Assembly: GCA_002633005.1 (NCBI GenBank)
Contig: NMRA01000015.1
Location: 675,239 to 739,238, forward strand
Reading direction: 5' to 3'
DNA: 64,000 nucleotides
DNA from: Phoronis australis
Lineage: Eukaryota > Animalia > Phoronida
The notes under the pieces: generated by a model
Databases searched by the model: none
The model's input: the letters and a program-made list of their open reading frames with translations, nothing else
Told to the model about the DNA's origin: nothing
In this document: positions 1 through 13,656 of the stretch, one piece after another
How positions within the stretch are numbered: the first letter of the stretch is position 1
How the letters are laid out: each line of letters begins with the position of its first letter
Made by a program: the position numbers and the translations under genes

Positions 1-181
1 AAACTAAAAATTCACAACCTCAAATTCTAATAAACATAATAGGATGCAATTCATTATTTTCAAACAAATTTGACAAAACTACATACTGTGATTTGGATTT
101 GTCTTTTGCTTGTCATCTGGTAAAGTACCTTTTAAACTTACAAAATATCTACAAAACAGTAACCATGTTTTCTCCCATAGT

Positions 182-312
182 TCAAATATGCCAAATACAA
201 GAGCAGCAATTGACAGGTTCGTAGCAAACACCCGTCCTGTAGCGCATATCCAGTACTGAATTGTGACGAAGCTTGTTTATCAGCCAGAACGGAACCACAA
301 TTACTAGGAAGA
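182..312 (-). CDS. 4-TM membrane protein last exon: FLVIVVPFWLINKLRHNSVLDMRYRTGVCYEPVNCCSCIWHI*
   Basis: CTTTTCCAG acceptor, TGA at 184-182. The five exons sum to 546 nt = 181 aa + stop, with no internal stop. Confidence 0.85.
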
Positions 313-795
313 CTGGAAAAGTGCAAAGATACAGTTGTTACCGAGTCATAGAACAATTACGATGTACTAAATACAATTACAATATGCTGACATTTAGACG
401 TTAACTTACAAGGGCAACATCAGTAATTGATTAGTTCTATATACATTTCATTTGTATTAAAACAGTTATTTAATATATGCTAGTAAATAAACCAACCAGA
501 TATGAAGCTGGTACTGTAAATATATTGCAACTTTTTGCTAGTCACAACAGAGGGAGCAATAATTATACATAACTTTCAGACAAAGTTTGGTATTAAATTG
601 AAATTCAAAATAACCTCCAAGGATAGGTTGGAAATATCTATTAATATCAAATTAGGCAAACTGGCATTGTGTATGCATGGAACACTAATGTATACATGGA
701 ATACTAGTGTATACCTGGAATACTAGTGTATACATGATATACAACTCAGATTTAAAATAGTGCTAATTATTCAACATTGTTAACACTTTACTCAC

Positions 796-862
796 ATGTG
801 CATAAACCCGAAAATATGCCGGCCGACAATGAGAAGTAGTATAGCTCTGGCGAATAGTTTTG
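796..862 (-). CDS. 4-TM membrane protein exon 4: QNYSPELYYFSLSAGIFSGLCT(F)
   Basis: TTTCTCTTTCAG acceptor, GTGAGT donor, 67 nt, phase 0 to 1. Confidence 0.85.
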
Positions 863-1080
863 CTGAAAGAGAAATAACAAGTAAAGCTCAGTATCCTCAC
901 TGTACAAACATGAATTGTAGTGCAATATGCCCACTGTATTATAGTGCCTGGTGTGCTCAATGTATTATAGTGCCATGTGCCCACCGTATTCACTCAGGTT
1001 AACAATCACGGTGTATAAATTTCAAACCTGAAAAATTAGTGTGAAGCAAGCATGGACATTCAAAAGCAAATTTTGGTTGA

Positions 1081-1242
1081 ACAGTTAGGCGCACTGTCAT
1101 ACAGTTAGGCGCACTGTCACGGATATAGGTGCACTGTCACGCAGTTAGGCGCACTACTACGCATTAAGGTTCACTGTCACGCATTTAGGCGCACTGTCAC
1201 ACATTTAGGTGCACTGCAACGCATTCAGGCGCACTGCCACGC
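1081..1242 (+). repeat. 20-bp minisatellite (GCAGTTAGGCGCACTGTCAC-like), about 8 copies
   Basis: Directly visible tandem units. Confidence 0.9.
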
Positions 1243-2570
1243 AAAATCCAGTGGATATAAAAATTCGTGGGTGGTGGTCTTTAGAAAAAAGCTCAAATTA
1301 TGGGTGGTCGTTCTTGTAAGAAGTAATAAAAACATTAAAACTGGGTGGTATTTTTGACCTGTAAATGTTGACAGGTTGGCATTTTCAGGCACACACATCT
1401 CAAAAGAAATCAAAACTCACCATAAATTCACTTGGCAAATAGCCCTACCCAAACATATCCCAAATCAAAAAAAAAAACCATGTTGCTAGTGGACAAAGTG
1501 CACTGTGCCGTTAATCAAGTCATGGGCAACTTCATTACAAGCACATGTTCTACTGCAGTCACATTAGAATGAAAATTTCTGCAACACTAAACTAGTGTTA
1601 TCATGCACATATAAGAAAATTGTTGATTTTTAAATAAAAAGTATGAGGAGTATGATAGACAAGTTCCAATATACACTTGCCATAGCAGTCTAAAAGCGTT
1701 CTTGAGACAGTTTGAGATTCATAGATCCATGAAATTGAAAGAAATCTTATTGAAATTACAGACACGTGGTGATCAGAGACACCTGGTGGCTGCCAAAAGT
1801 ATTGCTCACAGGTGTCTTTGAAAAGCAACTTTCTGGTAACTGATGAGTTGTGATGTCATATGGAATTTTTCTGCACCCACAAAAACTTTGTAGTCGGTCG
1901 GTCTGTCATTATCATTTCTTGTCCATCAATTATCTCTAAAGTCGCTTGACGGATCATGATGAAATTGTGTATAGAGGTACTTGGCAAGGATGCACCTGCA
2001 CCAGTTGATTTCCGAGCGGATTTGGTAACCCTGGTACCCCATGTGGGTCGCTTTAATTTTCGACAAGCCATTCCTTGTATGTTCATTATCTCAAAAACTG
2101 CTTCAATGATCACTATGAAATTCAAAATAGAAGTATATCGCAAGAATGTGCCGCTGCCACCAGTCAATTTTTGGATGCTGGATTCAACTACTGTGGCACC
2201 CTGTTAGTTTTTGACAAGACAGGTTGATTATTTCAAAAAGTGCTAGGCACAACTGGAAATTTGGCACAAAATATATAGCAGGGATGGATGCATTGACAGA
2301 AGTCATTTTCGTTTTGATTCGACCACCCTCTTGGCTACTTGAGTTTTTGACAATATTAGAAAAGACAACTAATTCTTGTCTGTCGATCATCTAAGTTCTT
2401 AACAGGTCATCCTGGAGGCAATTTGTTTGCAAGTGTTGGATTTAATATTTTAACCTATTAATTAAAAAATTATAGGTCAAGGATTGGACAAATAAATGAA
2501 AAATATGGGCGGTGGGTACGAAATAAAAGTGCCTTCCCCCCTCCCATACATTTTTTCATGGAACAGCCCT
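1243..2570 (+). mobile_element. Non-autonomous DNA transposon with a nested HINE-like insert (about 1890-2435); second copy at 29838-31593
   Basis: 3' end CCCTCCCATACATTTTTTCATGGAACAGCCC matches the terminus of the 29838-31593 element. 1615-2435 is collinear with 30190-31190. Confidence 0.7.
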
Positions 2571-2784
2571 AAGCATAATATTTGAAAGTTTAACATGAAT
2601 CTGACTGGCAGCTATTTCTGAAATATAATTTTTCAAATTGAGCCAAATTTTTTTTTCTAGAGTCCTACATACTGTTCAGAGAACACGTTAGTATCACACT
2701 CCCAACTTGAGAAACACTTGAAAAGGAGCAAGTTGACCAGCAAGTTGTAATCCTGTTGTCGGTTCAAAAATGAACATCACTTAC

Positions 2785-2915
2785 ACAACTCTCTGATAGT
2801 GATGAAGCCAATAACAAAGTTATCCCAAAAGCCAGACTTAGCAATCCATAGATGTGAAATGCCATTTTGACCTGCCATGGTACAGGATCCATGATGGCAA
2901 AAAGAAAAGAAAATC
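2785..2915 (-). CDS. 4-TM membrane protein exon 3: FSFLFAIMDPVPWQVKMAFHIYGLLSLAFGITLLLASSLSESC
   Basis: TTTTTCAG acceptor, GTAAGT donor, 131 nt, phase 1 to 0. Confidence 0.88.
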
Positions 2916-3903
2916 CTGAAAAAGAAATTAAGCAATATGAACCACTTTTGTGAAACAAATTTCATTCATTATGAAAAACACCCAGACAAAGCATACAGCA
3001 GTTCTATCAAAAACATTGAAAAAATTCCAAAGTAGTGATGATTCATAATTTTGATGTAAGGTAAACATTGTTCACCTTATGACACTATATGCTGAACGAG
3101 CGAAATCTTAGTTTGTTAAATTTCCCAACAAAAAGAACATTTCAATACAACCTCCTTTGCTTTGCGCATTGACTTGTATGGGATAGAAGTCACAAAACTA
3201 CATTTAGCAAAATTTTGAGCATTTGCAGCAATGAAAAATATGAAAAGACTACTTATAAATTATATTTTGAGCTGAATTGAAGAATTTTTAATGTAGTAAT
3301 GTATTAAGACCCAAGAACCAGAATGTGAACCTGCATCATCCTCTAATTTAGGCAAACGTAAGGCGGGTATGAAATACCAGTGTAAAACTCAGCACTATGA
3401 TCAACTAGCAATTGAAATCAAACTAAAAATTGGACACTAGGCACAAAAGGTTCAATTTAAGACACATACAAGTACAGGCACATGGTCTATAAAAACACAC
3501 ACACGCCTTATGTGTGTCATTGGGCCCATGCATGTAGCCTGTATCTGGAATAAAGTATTTTCAAAAGTTTCAAGTTTTCACACATACCGGTAATTACATA
3601 TATACTAGGTGCTGCTTGGTGGCTATATATGTCACTGTGCTTGTCTTCAACTGTATTTGTATGTGTTTATGAGCGCTTCACATTAAATGATTAGTGTTAA
3701 ATTAAATACACCTCAGCTTCCACCATTTTGTTACAGAGAAGTCTAAGTACTCGCAGTTTAAAAATGTACTCTACGGTTTAACTTTATAGTGTTTCACAGA
3801 TAGGGGCAGCCATGTGTGCAGGCTTACTCCCAATATAGATGCAATTTGACATGGGTCAAACATGCATGGTATATGGTATACATGTTTGGTTAAGATATCT
3901 CAC

Positions 3904-4046
3904 CGATCATAAAAAATGTAAACACCACTGTGATGACCATACAATCCAGAAGATGGTTGTCACAGAAACGTTTAGAGGATGGTTGAAGAAGGACGTAGAA
4001 CTCTGGCAAAAGTAGTCCAATAGTGAAGACCATCACAACTACACGG
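3904..4046 (-). CDS. 4-TM membrane protein exon 2: RVVVMVFTIGLLLPEFYVLLQPSSKRFCDNHLLDCMVITVVFTFFMI(G)
   Basis: TTTTCCAG acceptor, GTGAGA donor, 143 nt, phase 2 to 1, two hydrophobic segments. Confidence 0.88.
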
Positions 4047-4460
4047 CTGGAAAATAAAACAAAAATCAAATACAAAAATCACTCCACACTATAATCTCTC
4101 TTCAAGTTCACAAAAATGCGAAAGTTTTGCTGTTATTTATTTGTATCAATTCTAAACTTTCTCAACATTTAAACATTTAGGGCAACTTTTCAGACATTGA
4201 AAATTTCTAATTTTGAAAAATAAACTTCAGTTTTAGGTGAACTACCAGTTAAAGGTGCAAACCTGACCACATCAGTTACAGTGGAATACAATTGTGAATT
4301 TCCTCACTGATCTTAGGTCGTAATAGTTTTTCATCAATTTTCAACAAACCTTGGGTTTCAATGCCATAAGGAGTTCACACCAATGCACGCACGCATGCAC
4401 GCACACGCGCGCACACACACACACAATATGTAATGAATGTCTACTTAAGGCGACACTCAC

Positions 4461-4534
4461 ATTTTCACTCTATTATTATCAGGAAACCATCGAATCAGAT
4501 GGTAAATAGAGTGAGCCCAACAATAATGCCACAT
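4461..4534 (-). CDS. Uncharacterised 4-TM membrane protein (181 aa), coding exon 1: MWHYCWAHSIYHLIRWFPDNNRVK(I)
   Basis: ATG at 4534, GTGAGT donor after 4461, upstream polypyrimidine+CAG acceptor at 4569-4571. The phase-2 end joins the next exon in frame. Confidence 0.8.
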
Positions 4535-4785
4535 CGTTCTTCTGCAGTCCTAGACTTAGACCATTGTACTGAAAAAAACACAAAAGAATATCATTATTTG
4601 ACTTCCTTATATTGAACTGCTATATTGACTTTAATTACCTTCTCTTAAAACAGACTTTTGATTTAGGCCAATGACCACTATAACAAAGGCCTCAACTGGT
4701 TTCTTACTCAGATTAGAAGTATAGTTTTTGAAGTTGTGAAAAACTGACAATTTTTTATTGCTTGAAGCCATGTTCAGTGTATAAA

Positions 4786-4945
4786 ATGACCAGCCAGATA
4801 AGTATGACCAGCCAGGTAAATGTGACCAGTCAGGTAAGTGTGACCAGCCAGGTATGAGTATGACCAGCCAGGTAAGTATGACCAGCCAGGTAAGTATGAC
4901 CAGCCAGATAAGTATGACCAGCCACATAAGTCTTGCAAGGTAAGT
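4786..4945 (+). repeat. 18-bp minisatellite ATGACCAGCCAGGTAAGT, about 8 copies
   Basis: Visible tandem units. Explains the LVILTW-repeat part of ORF 4631..4948. Confidence 0.9.
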
Positions 4946-6541
4946 CAACTAATGGACCATTGCCTCACTCAAGCAACAGCTAACAGACACAGAGGCTACA
5001 TCTAGGGATCTTAGAATAGAAACAAAATTATCAGATTTACAAGGGTATTGCAGCCTAAATAGAAATTTATTTTTTGACCGAGGGCAGGTTCACGCCACAT
5101 TTAAACTAGGAATAAAGAAAATTCTATGTTAAGTCAATTAAAGTTCACTTCAAAACACCCTCAATGACAACATATGTTTCAGCATTCAAAAGAAATTGAG
5201 AACAATTTGGTTCATACTGAAGTAGTAAAATTTTGGAAGGGAAAGCGTGACCTCTAATTCTCTACAAATACATGATCTAGATGTTCCTGTGACATTGGGA
5301 GTAACCTTTCTGAAGGAACATCTTGCTTTGTGGAAATGAAAATTTCAAGACTACTTTTGACGGGATATGTTAAAGTCAATAATATGCCCTAGTTTTGACA
5401 GTCCACATTTGTGCTTCTTCAGAGTCTGTCAGAAGGCTATCCTTCCAATAATCCCTGGGTGTTTCCATCAGACCCTGAGGGCAGTAAAACTTGGTAATGG
5501 AGGTCAACTATCAATTTCATTGAAGGAACCCATGGCAAAGATATCTTGCTTTCCGAAATATTTGTTGAAAGGATTTACGAGATTGATGGCCAAGGATTAT
5601 TTTAGAAAATTTTGGGTATGGGTGAATTGACCGACACGGCCTCCACTCAAGTCTATGGGCTAATTCGGAGGACCTATGGGCTATGTTAGTTTTTGTCCTT
5701 TTTCGCGTTCAACTTTAATGGGGCCGTTGGTTCAAGATAAGCAATTATATAGCGCATCAATTTTTGCACCAGTGACATGGGGTATGCTTCCAAAAATTAT
5801 CTCAGGAAGGCATCCACAGGAGTCTCTGTTTGAAAGGTATACATACCATATATTGTCACATTGATACTTAAGCTAGGTTTCTGATGCATAATTTTCAGAA
5901 AACTTGCTTACATTGAATGTTAGAGCATGTGGGTGGCTTCAAGGCAAATAGTTCTGGTTATGCCTCAATGATTTTTTTGGACAGCTCACAAGAGAATTGG
6001 GAAATGATGTTTAAATTTGGTTGAATGCAGCCTGGATATGAAGACGTAAAACTGAAGCACACATTTTAAGAAATGACGGCGTAAACATTGGGTTAATTGC
6101 TTCTTTGGCCAACCTTAAGCTAAGCTAGCTGTATGAACATCAAAATACATGTCTATATTTATGCAGCTAAACATGACGGCATTGTCGTTCAGCAACTTTT
6201 CTAGACGTGAGGGGTTCTGAATGTGCGATAACATCTAGCTCCTTTGTTAACTGCCCAGCAATCTTTTGTCCCGTAAGACAACAAGCAGGCCAATTATCTC
6301 CCAGGCTTCAAAGGGTTACTGAAACCTGGCAGAATGGATTGTCTTAACTTCTGTTGTAGTTGGGCGATTTTGGTGATTCAAACACTAAACATGATCAGCA
6401 TTTGACAAGGAATTCAGAAATGTTATTCATGTTCAAATATGTTATAACTTAACTTTCATTTTTAGCAGCACAGCCCAGTCGGGCTATGTAGATACTATCT
6501 GATCAGAGATTAGAGCAATTATGGAGCAAAAGAGAGCAGGT

Positions 6542-6790
6542 CAACCACATAAATGCCAGAATGGAGTTAATCAGTCGTGTAAGATATTGGCTACAGGGAT
6601 CATCCTCCCAACTTGTCCTTGGGCTATAAAATCAAACAAGTTGGGAGCAACGGGAAAACGCTGTAATGTAATATGCCCCATGACGGCAACATCCCATTGC
6701 TCCCAACTTGTTCGATTGTATAGCCCAACAACAAGTTGGGAAGTTNCCCCCCCCGTAGCCAATTAACTCCATTCTGGCGTTGATGGTTGG
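6542..6790. mobile_element. Palindromic MITE-like element (about 250 bp)
   Basis: Terminal inverted repeats GCCAGAATGGAGTTAAT / ATTAACTCCATTCTGGC, plus an internal inverted pair ACAAGTTGGGAGCAA / TTGCTCCCAACTTGT. Confidence 0.7.
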
Positions 6791-7363
6791 AGGGCCTGCG
6801 CTCTTTTGTTTGATAATTGCTCTAATCTCCCATCAGATCGTATCTAGCCTGACTGGGATGGGCTGATAAAAATGAAAGTGAAGTTAAGCCAGATATTATC
6901 GCATGTTCAGCACCCCTCACGTCTGGAAAAGTTACTGATTGACATGACGCTGTAATGCGATCTAGCAAACTATGCTCTATTTTCCCAAACACCCATAGTA
7001 ATATCATCAATTCAACCCTACTCAAAAATGCACTCCCCTATAATACCACTGCTACTAGAGAGCTCGTAACGTACCCCTCGGTTGGCATCCAGACATGGGC
7101 AGCCCACATGACCATCATAGGGGGCTGCACCGCCCATGCCATGTAATTGTCTACACTGCTACAAAATATACTAGCACCAAGTACTACTATAGTAGCCAGG
7201 TGAATTTTAATTCAGAAACATTTCATCTCGTTCGCGAGCAGCTTGGGGTGTGATCTGATTATCCTAGGCAAGAACGGCAACAGACAGTGACCACCGTCCC
7301 AATGGCAGCGACAGTAGACTCTACTGCGGAGCCAGTAGAGACAGTCACTGTCTAGAACGGCAA

Positions 7364-7417
7364 TAGGCAATGACCATCGCCTCTGTTGGCCCGAACAGAG
7401 GCGATGGTCATTGCCTA
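7364..7417. repeat. Perfect 24-bp inverted repeat with a 6-nt loop
   Basis: TAGGCAATGACCATCGCCTCTGTT-ggcccg-AACAGAGGCGATGGTCATTGCCTA. Confidence 0.95.
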
Positions 7418-8162
7418 GAAAGGCAAGTGAGTGAACCACGAAGCCGAAGGCACGATGTCAGCTACGCAATGTCTTACTCAGTGTTTGACGCAGCTATATT
7501 CGTAATGTCTCCGTCGAGAACACACTACATAGCAGAAATGCGCTTTTAGACCTTCACGTGAGCATTAAGTTGTTAAATAAATAGGCCAACGGTAATTAGT
7601 GGGAAATCGCCTAACCACGGAAAAATTTGAAAGTTTCTAACCAACCTCCAAAACATGTAATTACACAAACGGAAACAGCAAGTGACACCTAGTAGCAAAA
7701 ACCTCGCAATCACAGACGAAAAAATATTGCCCTATCACCATGCACGACTGAAATGTTGTTTCTGTTATGTAAATAAACGCTGTAACCATACAACTGAAGT
7801 AGTACACAGTAACCATGGGATGTTTTGTATCATTGCTCTGGTGTTTATAAAAAGTAGTTTTCATGTAATATTTCACAAAAGAATATGAATTAGGAAAATT
7901 CTTAAAGAAAAATGTATCAAACGAATGAAAAACATTATAATAAGTATTCAATACATTCGACAGCGACAAAACGACCAAAAAGTTCTAGCCCATCAGGCCA
8001 CGGGATTGGCTACTAAGCAACCTGCGGACAATCATCTGAGTAAATCGTCGATGGACTACTTAAGGGTGACGGTAACCGTGTCGTCCAGATTACAACTTCA
8101 ACGGTCAGGAAGTCAAGAAGTGATATTAAATCTTAAGTCAGCCACCACATTTAACAGGCAAA

Positions 8163-8219
8163 ATGCGTGAAATTGTTCATCTTCAAGCCGGACAGTGTGG
8201 AAACCAGATTGGTGCTAAA
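8163..8219 (+). CDS. TUBB: Beta-tubulin exon 1 (MREIVHLQAGQCGNQIGAK)
   Basis: Canonical beta-tubulin N-terminus. GTAAGT donor at 8220, the intron position after codon 19 typical of animal beta-tubulins. Confidence 0.98.
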
Positions 8220-8655
8220 GTAAGTATTCCCGTTCAATAAGTTCTAATTTGTCTTTTTCTTGCCTAATTACTGTATTGATGACATTCCAAAATTGGTACA
8301 GTATAAAACTACAACGAGGCAAAATCTTATTATACGTTAATTTCAGTGATTTAAAGAAGGTTTCAATTAACCATCAAACTCGTGTGCTTTTTTCTCAGCC
8401 ATGGTTACTTAATTTAAATAAATATCCATCGCAGTAGGCTATATGGCGGTGCCGCCTAAAATTTCAAGTGCTAAGCCAATTGGCCTTTAATAAATACCAC
8501 TTTTGCCTGCTTTTACTGCATTTAACATATTGAGGTTCATAATGTACAGTTACGAAATGACCGTTGAACAATATTTATATGAATCGTACGTCATAGTCCG
8601 TACTTCACGCCGCCACAGATCGATGAGACCGGCTACCGAAATTCAAAATTATCTT

Positions 8656-8684
8656 GTTGACCTAATAACGGTTGCCCTGATAAC
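8656..8684 (+). promoter_or_regulatory. Tandem RFX X-box-like motifs in tubulin intron 1
   Basis: GTTGACCTAATAAC and GTTGCCCTGATAAC resemble the X-box GTTGCCATGGCAAC. A similar site lies at 9444-9458. Confidence 0.45.
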
Positions 8685-8800
8685 GGTCATCCGACAGGAA
8701 TTCAATTGAAACCGAACAAGCCGGTTTCGGGTCACTGGTTCAGTCGTTATGTTTAAAGTTTGCTCGTTATTTTACGTGTTTCTCCTCTGATTTTTTCTAG

Positions 8801-8914
<114 letters not shown>

Positions 8915-9544
8915 TAATCTTATCTTCCACGTGGCCAGTTTTTGTTTGCGCCTTATCGGGTTTATTTCGGTTGGTCTCTTAATCAGGGTTTGAATTTACG
9001 ATACGGTTTATATCAAACGTCGATTCTGTTTCCTATAAGTTTCAGTTCCTTTGGACAAATATTAGCAGTGATATTACCGTTGTTAATGACAGATATTTGA
9101 CATATTCAGTAGAGCTTAACTTTGTAGATTCATGCTTAGGTTCTTTTTGATTGGTGATCGTGTTTGAACTGAGAAATGCGTATAACTCAGGTGTATGGCG
9201 GTAAAATGTTATGTTGCCTTGGATTTCTTTAATGAAATGCAGTCAAACAATTGCAGTCCCTAAAATAAATAATACCCAGTACAAACCAAACAAGAGGATA
9301 GAAGCAATTCAATAGAGCCTATTGTTAGTGAATTCAGTTTTGCTTTGTTTGCTCTATATTCAAACGCTCAAAGGACAATTATTCTCAATGAATGGGGTAG
9401 TCGTGAGTAGAGCCTTCAATTGTACCTAGCAATAGGCTTTTGTGTTGCCCCTGGAGACAGGTTGTTTACTTAATGGCTAAGGAACAATTCGCCAGCAACG
9501 TGGTCAGTCTTTACCTTTAAATGGCCTTTAACTTTGTCGCATGA

Positions 9545-10795
<1,251 letters not shown>

Positions 10796-10943
10796 ATGTC
10801 GATGCCGCATGAAAAGTCCAATTAAGAAATTAACATGTCATTCTTTACTCTCGTTCTTTGTTAAATTGTTCTTCCACATCATCATATTGAAATTAATGGC
10901 GAATCTCTCATGGTTGTAACCATCTTCTAATACATTCGATGAA

Positions 10944-10949
10944 AATAAA
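10944..10949 (+). terminator. Likely polyadenylation signal of beta-tubulin
   Basis: AATAAA about 150 nt after the stop, followed by a GT/T-rich tract. Confidence 0.65.
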
Positions 10950-11999
10950 AGATTAAGGGAATGTTTTATTTGTTTTTCTGTTTTCATCATTTCGAAATTG
11001 TAGTGCAAAAAATGTCGCAAGAATAGAATACAGGAACTTTTTTGCGTTTTAGTCCAAATCGATATATGCACATAAGAAAAGTAGACTTTGAAACTTAATT
11101 CTCGTTTGAATTTCTGCCGAGTTACGTGAAGTCATCTAGCAAACTCTGTTGATCCTAACTGAAACTGGGTGTAAGATTTTCAAATTATATAAACAGAAAC
11201 GATAACGGAAGGTGGTGCACTGACAATGACATCCGTGTACTGTAGCCTGGCGATTGACGTGGTACAAGCCACAGTCGTAGCGCTAGACGACTTGTGCAAA
11301 CATCGTTGTAACGGGCTAAGACTGTTTGTCAATAGCTGTCACGATGCTGACTCATGCCTGAGTGTGCGGATACTTGTTTGCGGAGGCACACCTCAGTGCA
11401 AAGGGGGCGCATTATAACCCGACTACAGTTATGAAACTATAGCCAGTCAGTTACCTCACTGACTGACCATTTACACTGCCGTGTATTGTGAGTCTGTGAA
11501 ATGCAAATTGCTAGATTCAAAGCCTTTATCGATTCACTTGTTCATTGATGTTCACGACCAGATAACATCGCACATAATAAGCCCCGGCTGAAGGCTAAAA
11601 GCATTGCGGGGCTGTTACATGTAGCTAGTGCTGGCAGCGCTGCAAGGTTGTGTGGCTTTCAAAGTTGCACATGCGTGGGGCAAAACGCGTAACCAGAGAG
11701 GCAAAGCTGACCCTCTAGAACAACCAATTGCCTATGACAGCATGATACACTTGTTTACGTCATAGAGAATTGGAGATGAATGGAACAAGTTACTAGTGCC
11801 ATCTCAGAATCAGTTGGTTCCTAATTGGTCCGATGAGTTCGGTCAAGTGTGAAAAGCCAAAGCGAAACAAATCCAGACCACAAAATTTCTATTTAAGATC
11901 TCTGCAGGACAAGAAAAAAATATACTCAAGACCAAAATTTATCGCGCCAGAACCAAAATTAAACAAGTTAGGACTGAAACAAAATCATTGTTCGCTCTG

Positions 12000-13065
12000 A
12001 TCAAGTTAAACATATTATTTAATTGGGTCAAGCGTTTTAATACAGAGGATGAGGCAAGTTGGAAGATATACCCGAGGCATCTTTTCAGTTGCCTATTGCC
12101 CGTGTCCTAATTTTTTCATTCAATTTTCAACTGAAAACCCTAAAATGCGAAATTAAGAATCCTTTTTACAAAGATGTTCTCACAACCTTGGATATTCTTA
12201 ATCCTGAAGTATTCAATGAAGTACCAATAGCCAAACAAGTGATATGTAACAATTGTAACTTAACTGTTAACGGTAAATCATTATTTTACCAAGATCTGTA
12301 CAATGGAGGCCTCATATTTTGTGAAGATTTTTTAGATAGCCAGAACAAACTTCTTAAATTAGAAAGCATTAACAAAATTATAACTTAAAGGATACGTCTA
12401 TCATACCATTTTCTTCCACTACAACGACCTTGAAGAAAGTTCTAAGTGTGTCAGATAGAAGGATTGTTAGTTGTAATAACATTAGGTTTTTATTCTCCAA
12501 TAGTTCCAATTCATGGATCAAAAACACATTTATTCACAAGTTTTCTGTAAAACCAGATAATTATGCGTTTTTACTCAACTATTACACAGACGCCGAAATT
12601 AAAGAAATATATAATATCCCTTTCAATTTACCCATAAAACCTCATTTGACAATGTTTAAATACTTTTTCATTCACAAAAGAATTTATACGAACAAAATGT
12701 TAAAAATATTTGGTATTTCACAAACAGACCAATGTCCCTACTGTGGCGAAGTCCAGACTTTTCAGCATGTTTTATAGATGCTTCTGTGCTAAACGTTTCT
12801 GGAATTCTTTACATCATTTCATAAGTAAAGTTTTTAATTTACTCACTGAGCCATCTTCTTAGTTTGCTTCTTTGGCAATCTAAGTGAAATCTTCAATACC
12901 ATATACACTCATGCCCAACATTATATTTATACATCATCGAGAGATGGGTCTCAACCTTGTTTTGATAAGTTTAGATGTATACTTTTTGACGCAGTGAACC
13001 TCATTGTATTTAACGCCTCCGATAAAACTTCAGAGCAGTGGACGGTTTTGCAGGCATCTCTTTAA
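12000..13065 (+). mobile_element. 5'-truncated, decayed L1/Tx1-like LINE (ORF2 C-terminus with zf-RVT-like region)
   Basis: Broken frames read NWVKRF..SWKIYP, NPFYKDVL..QVICNN..NGKSLFY, HKRIYTNKML..FGI..DQCPYCGEVQTFQHVL..KRFW, with stops and frameshifts. Confidence 0.8.
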
Positions 13066-13656
13066 AATGATTCAAAGAATATATGGTGTTATTTTTTAAC
13101 CACTTCTGTTGTATTATAAGAATATTGACCTTTTCATAGATATGCACCTACGTAAATGTAAATATAAGTTAAGTGAATTAAACTGTGTGAATGTGAGTGT
13201 GAATGAGTGTATGAAAGTCCTGCCCCTTCCCGTTCCCCAGCTTTTAATTAAAAGCGGATAATTATTCGCCCAATCATTAGGAGTATTTTCCAGATACTTA
13301 TTTGTTCAATTAATATGATGTATTATATTCTAGTAAGTTGTAAAAATATGTAGTTGGGGCTACCCAAACCCAGCCATATCTCTTTACTATTCATTAATGA
13401 TATGCTTTCGGAGTAAATAAACGTATTAAAAATGTCCGATCTGGTCTGCTCCCGATCTGACTGGCTCATCTTCCGGGAACACTGTCCACTCCAACGTACG
13501 TGTTTTTGCATGGATCCGTTTTCTCCCGGAGGGCCCGCAGTCAGCTTCCAGCCACCGGAAGTCTGAGATGACTTCACAAGCGGCAGCTCACTATTGGGAA
13601 ACACTGATAACACTCCCCGGCAATACCATTAAGCTTATCCTCAGCCGGCGGTGTAC

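Noticed and set aside
5367-5864. Possible DIRS-like or other retroelement coding remnant (minus strand GGRVGQF)
   Set aside because: Only a few residues of resemblance and no further RT motifs.
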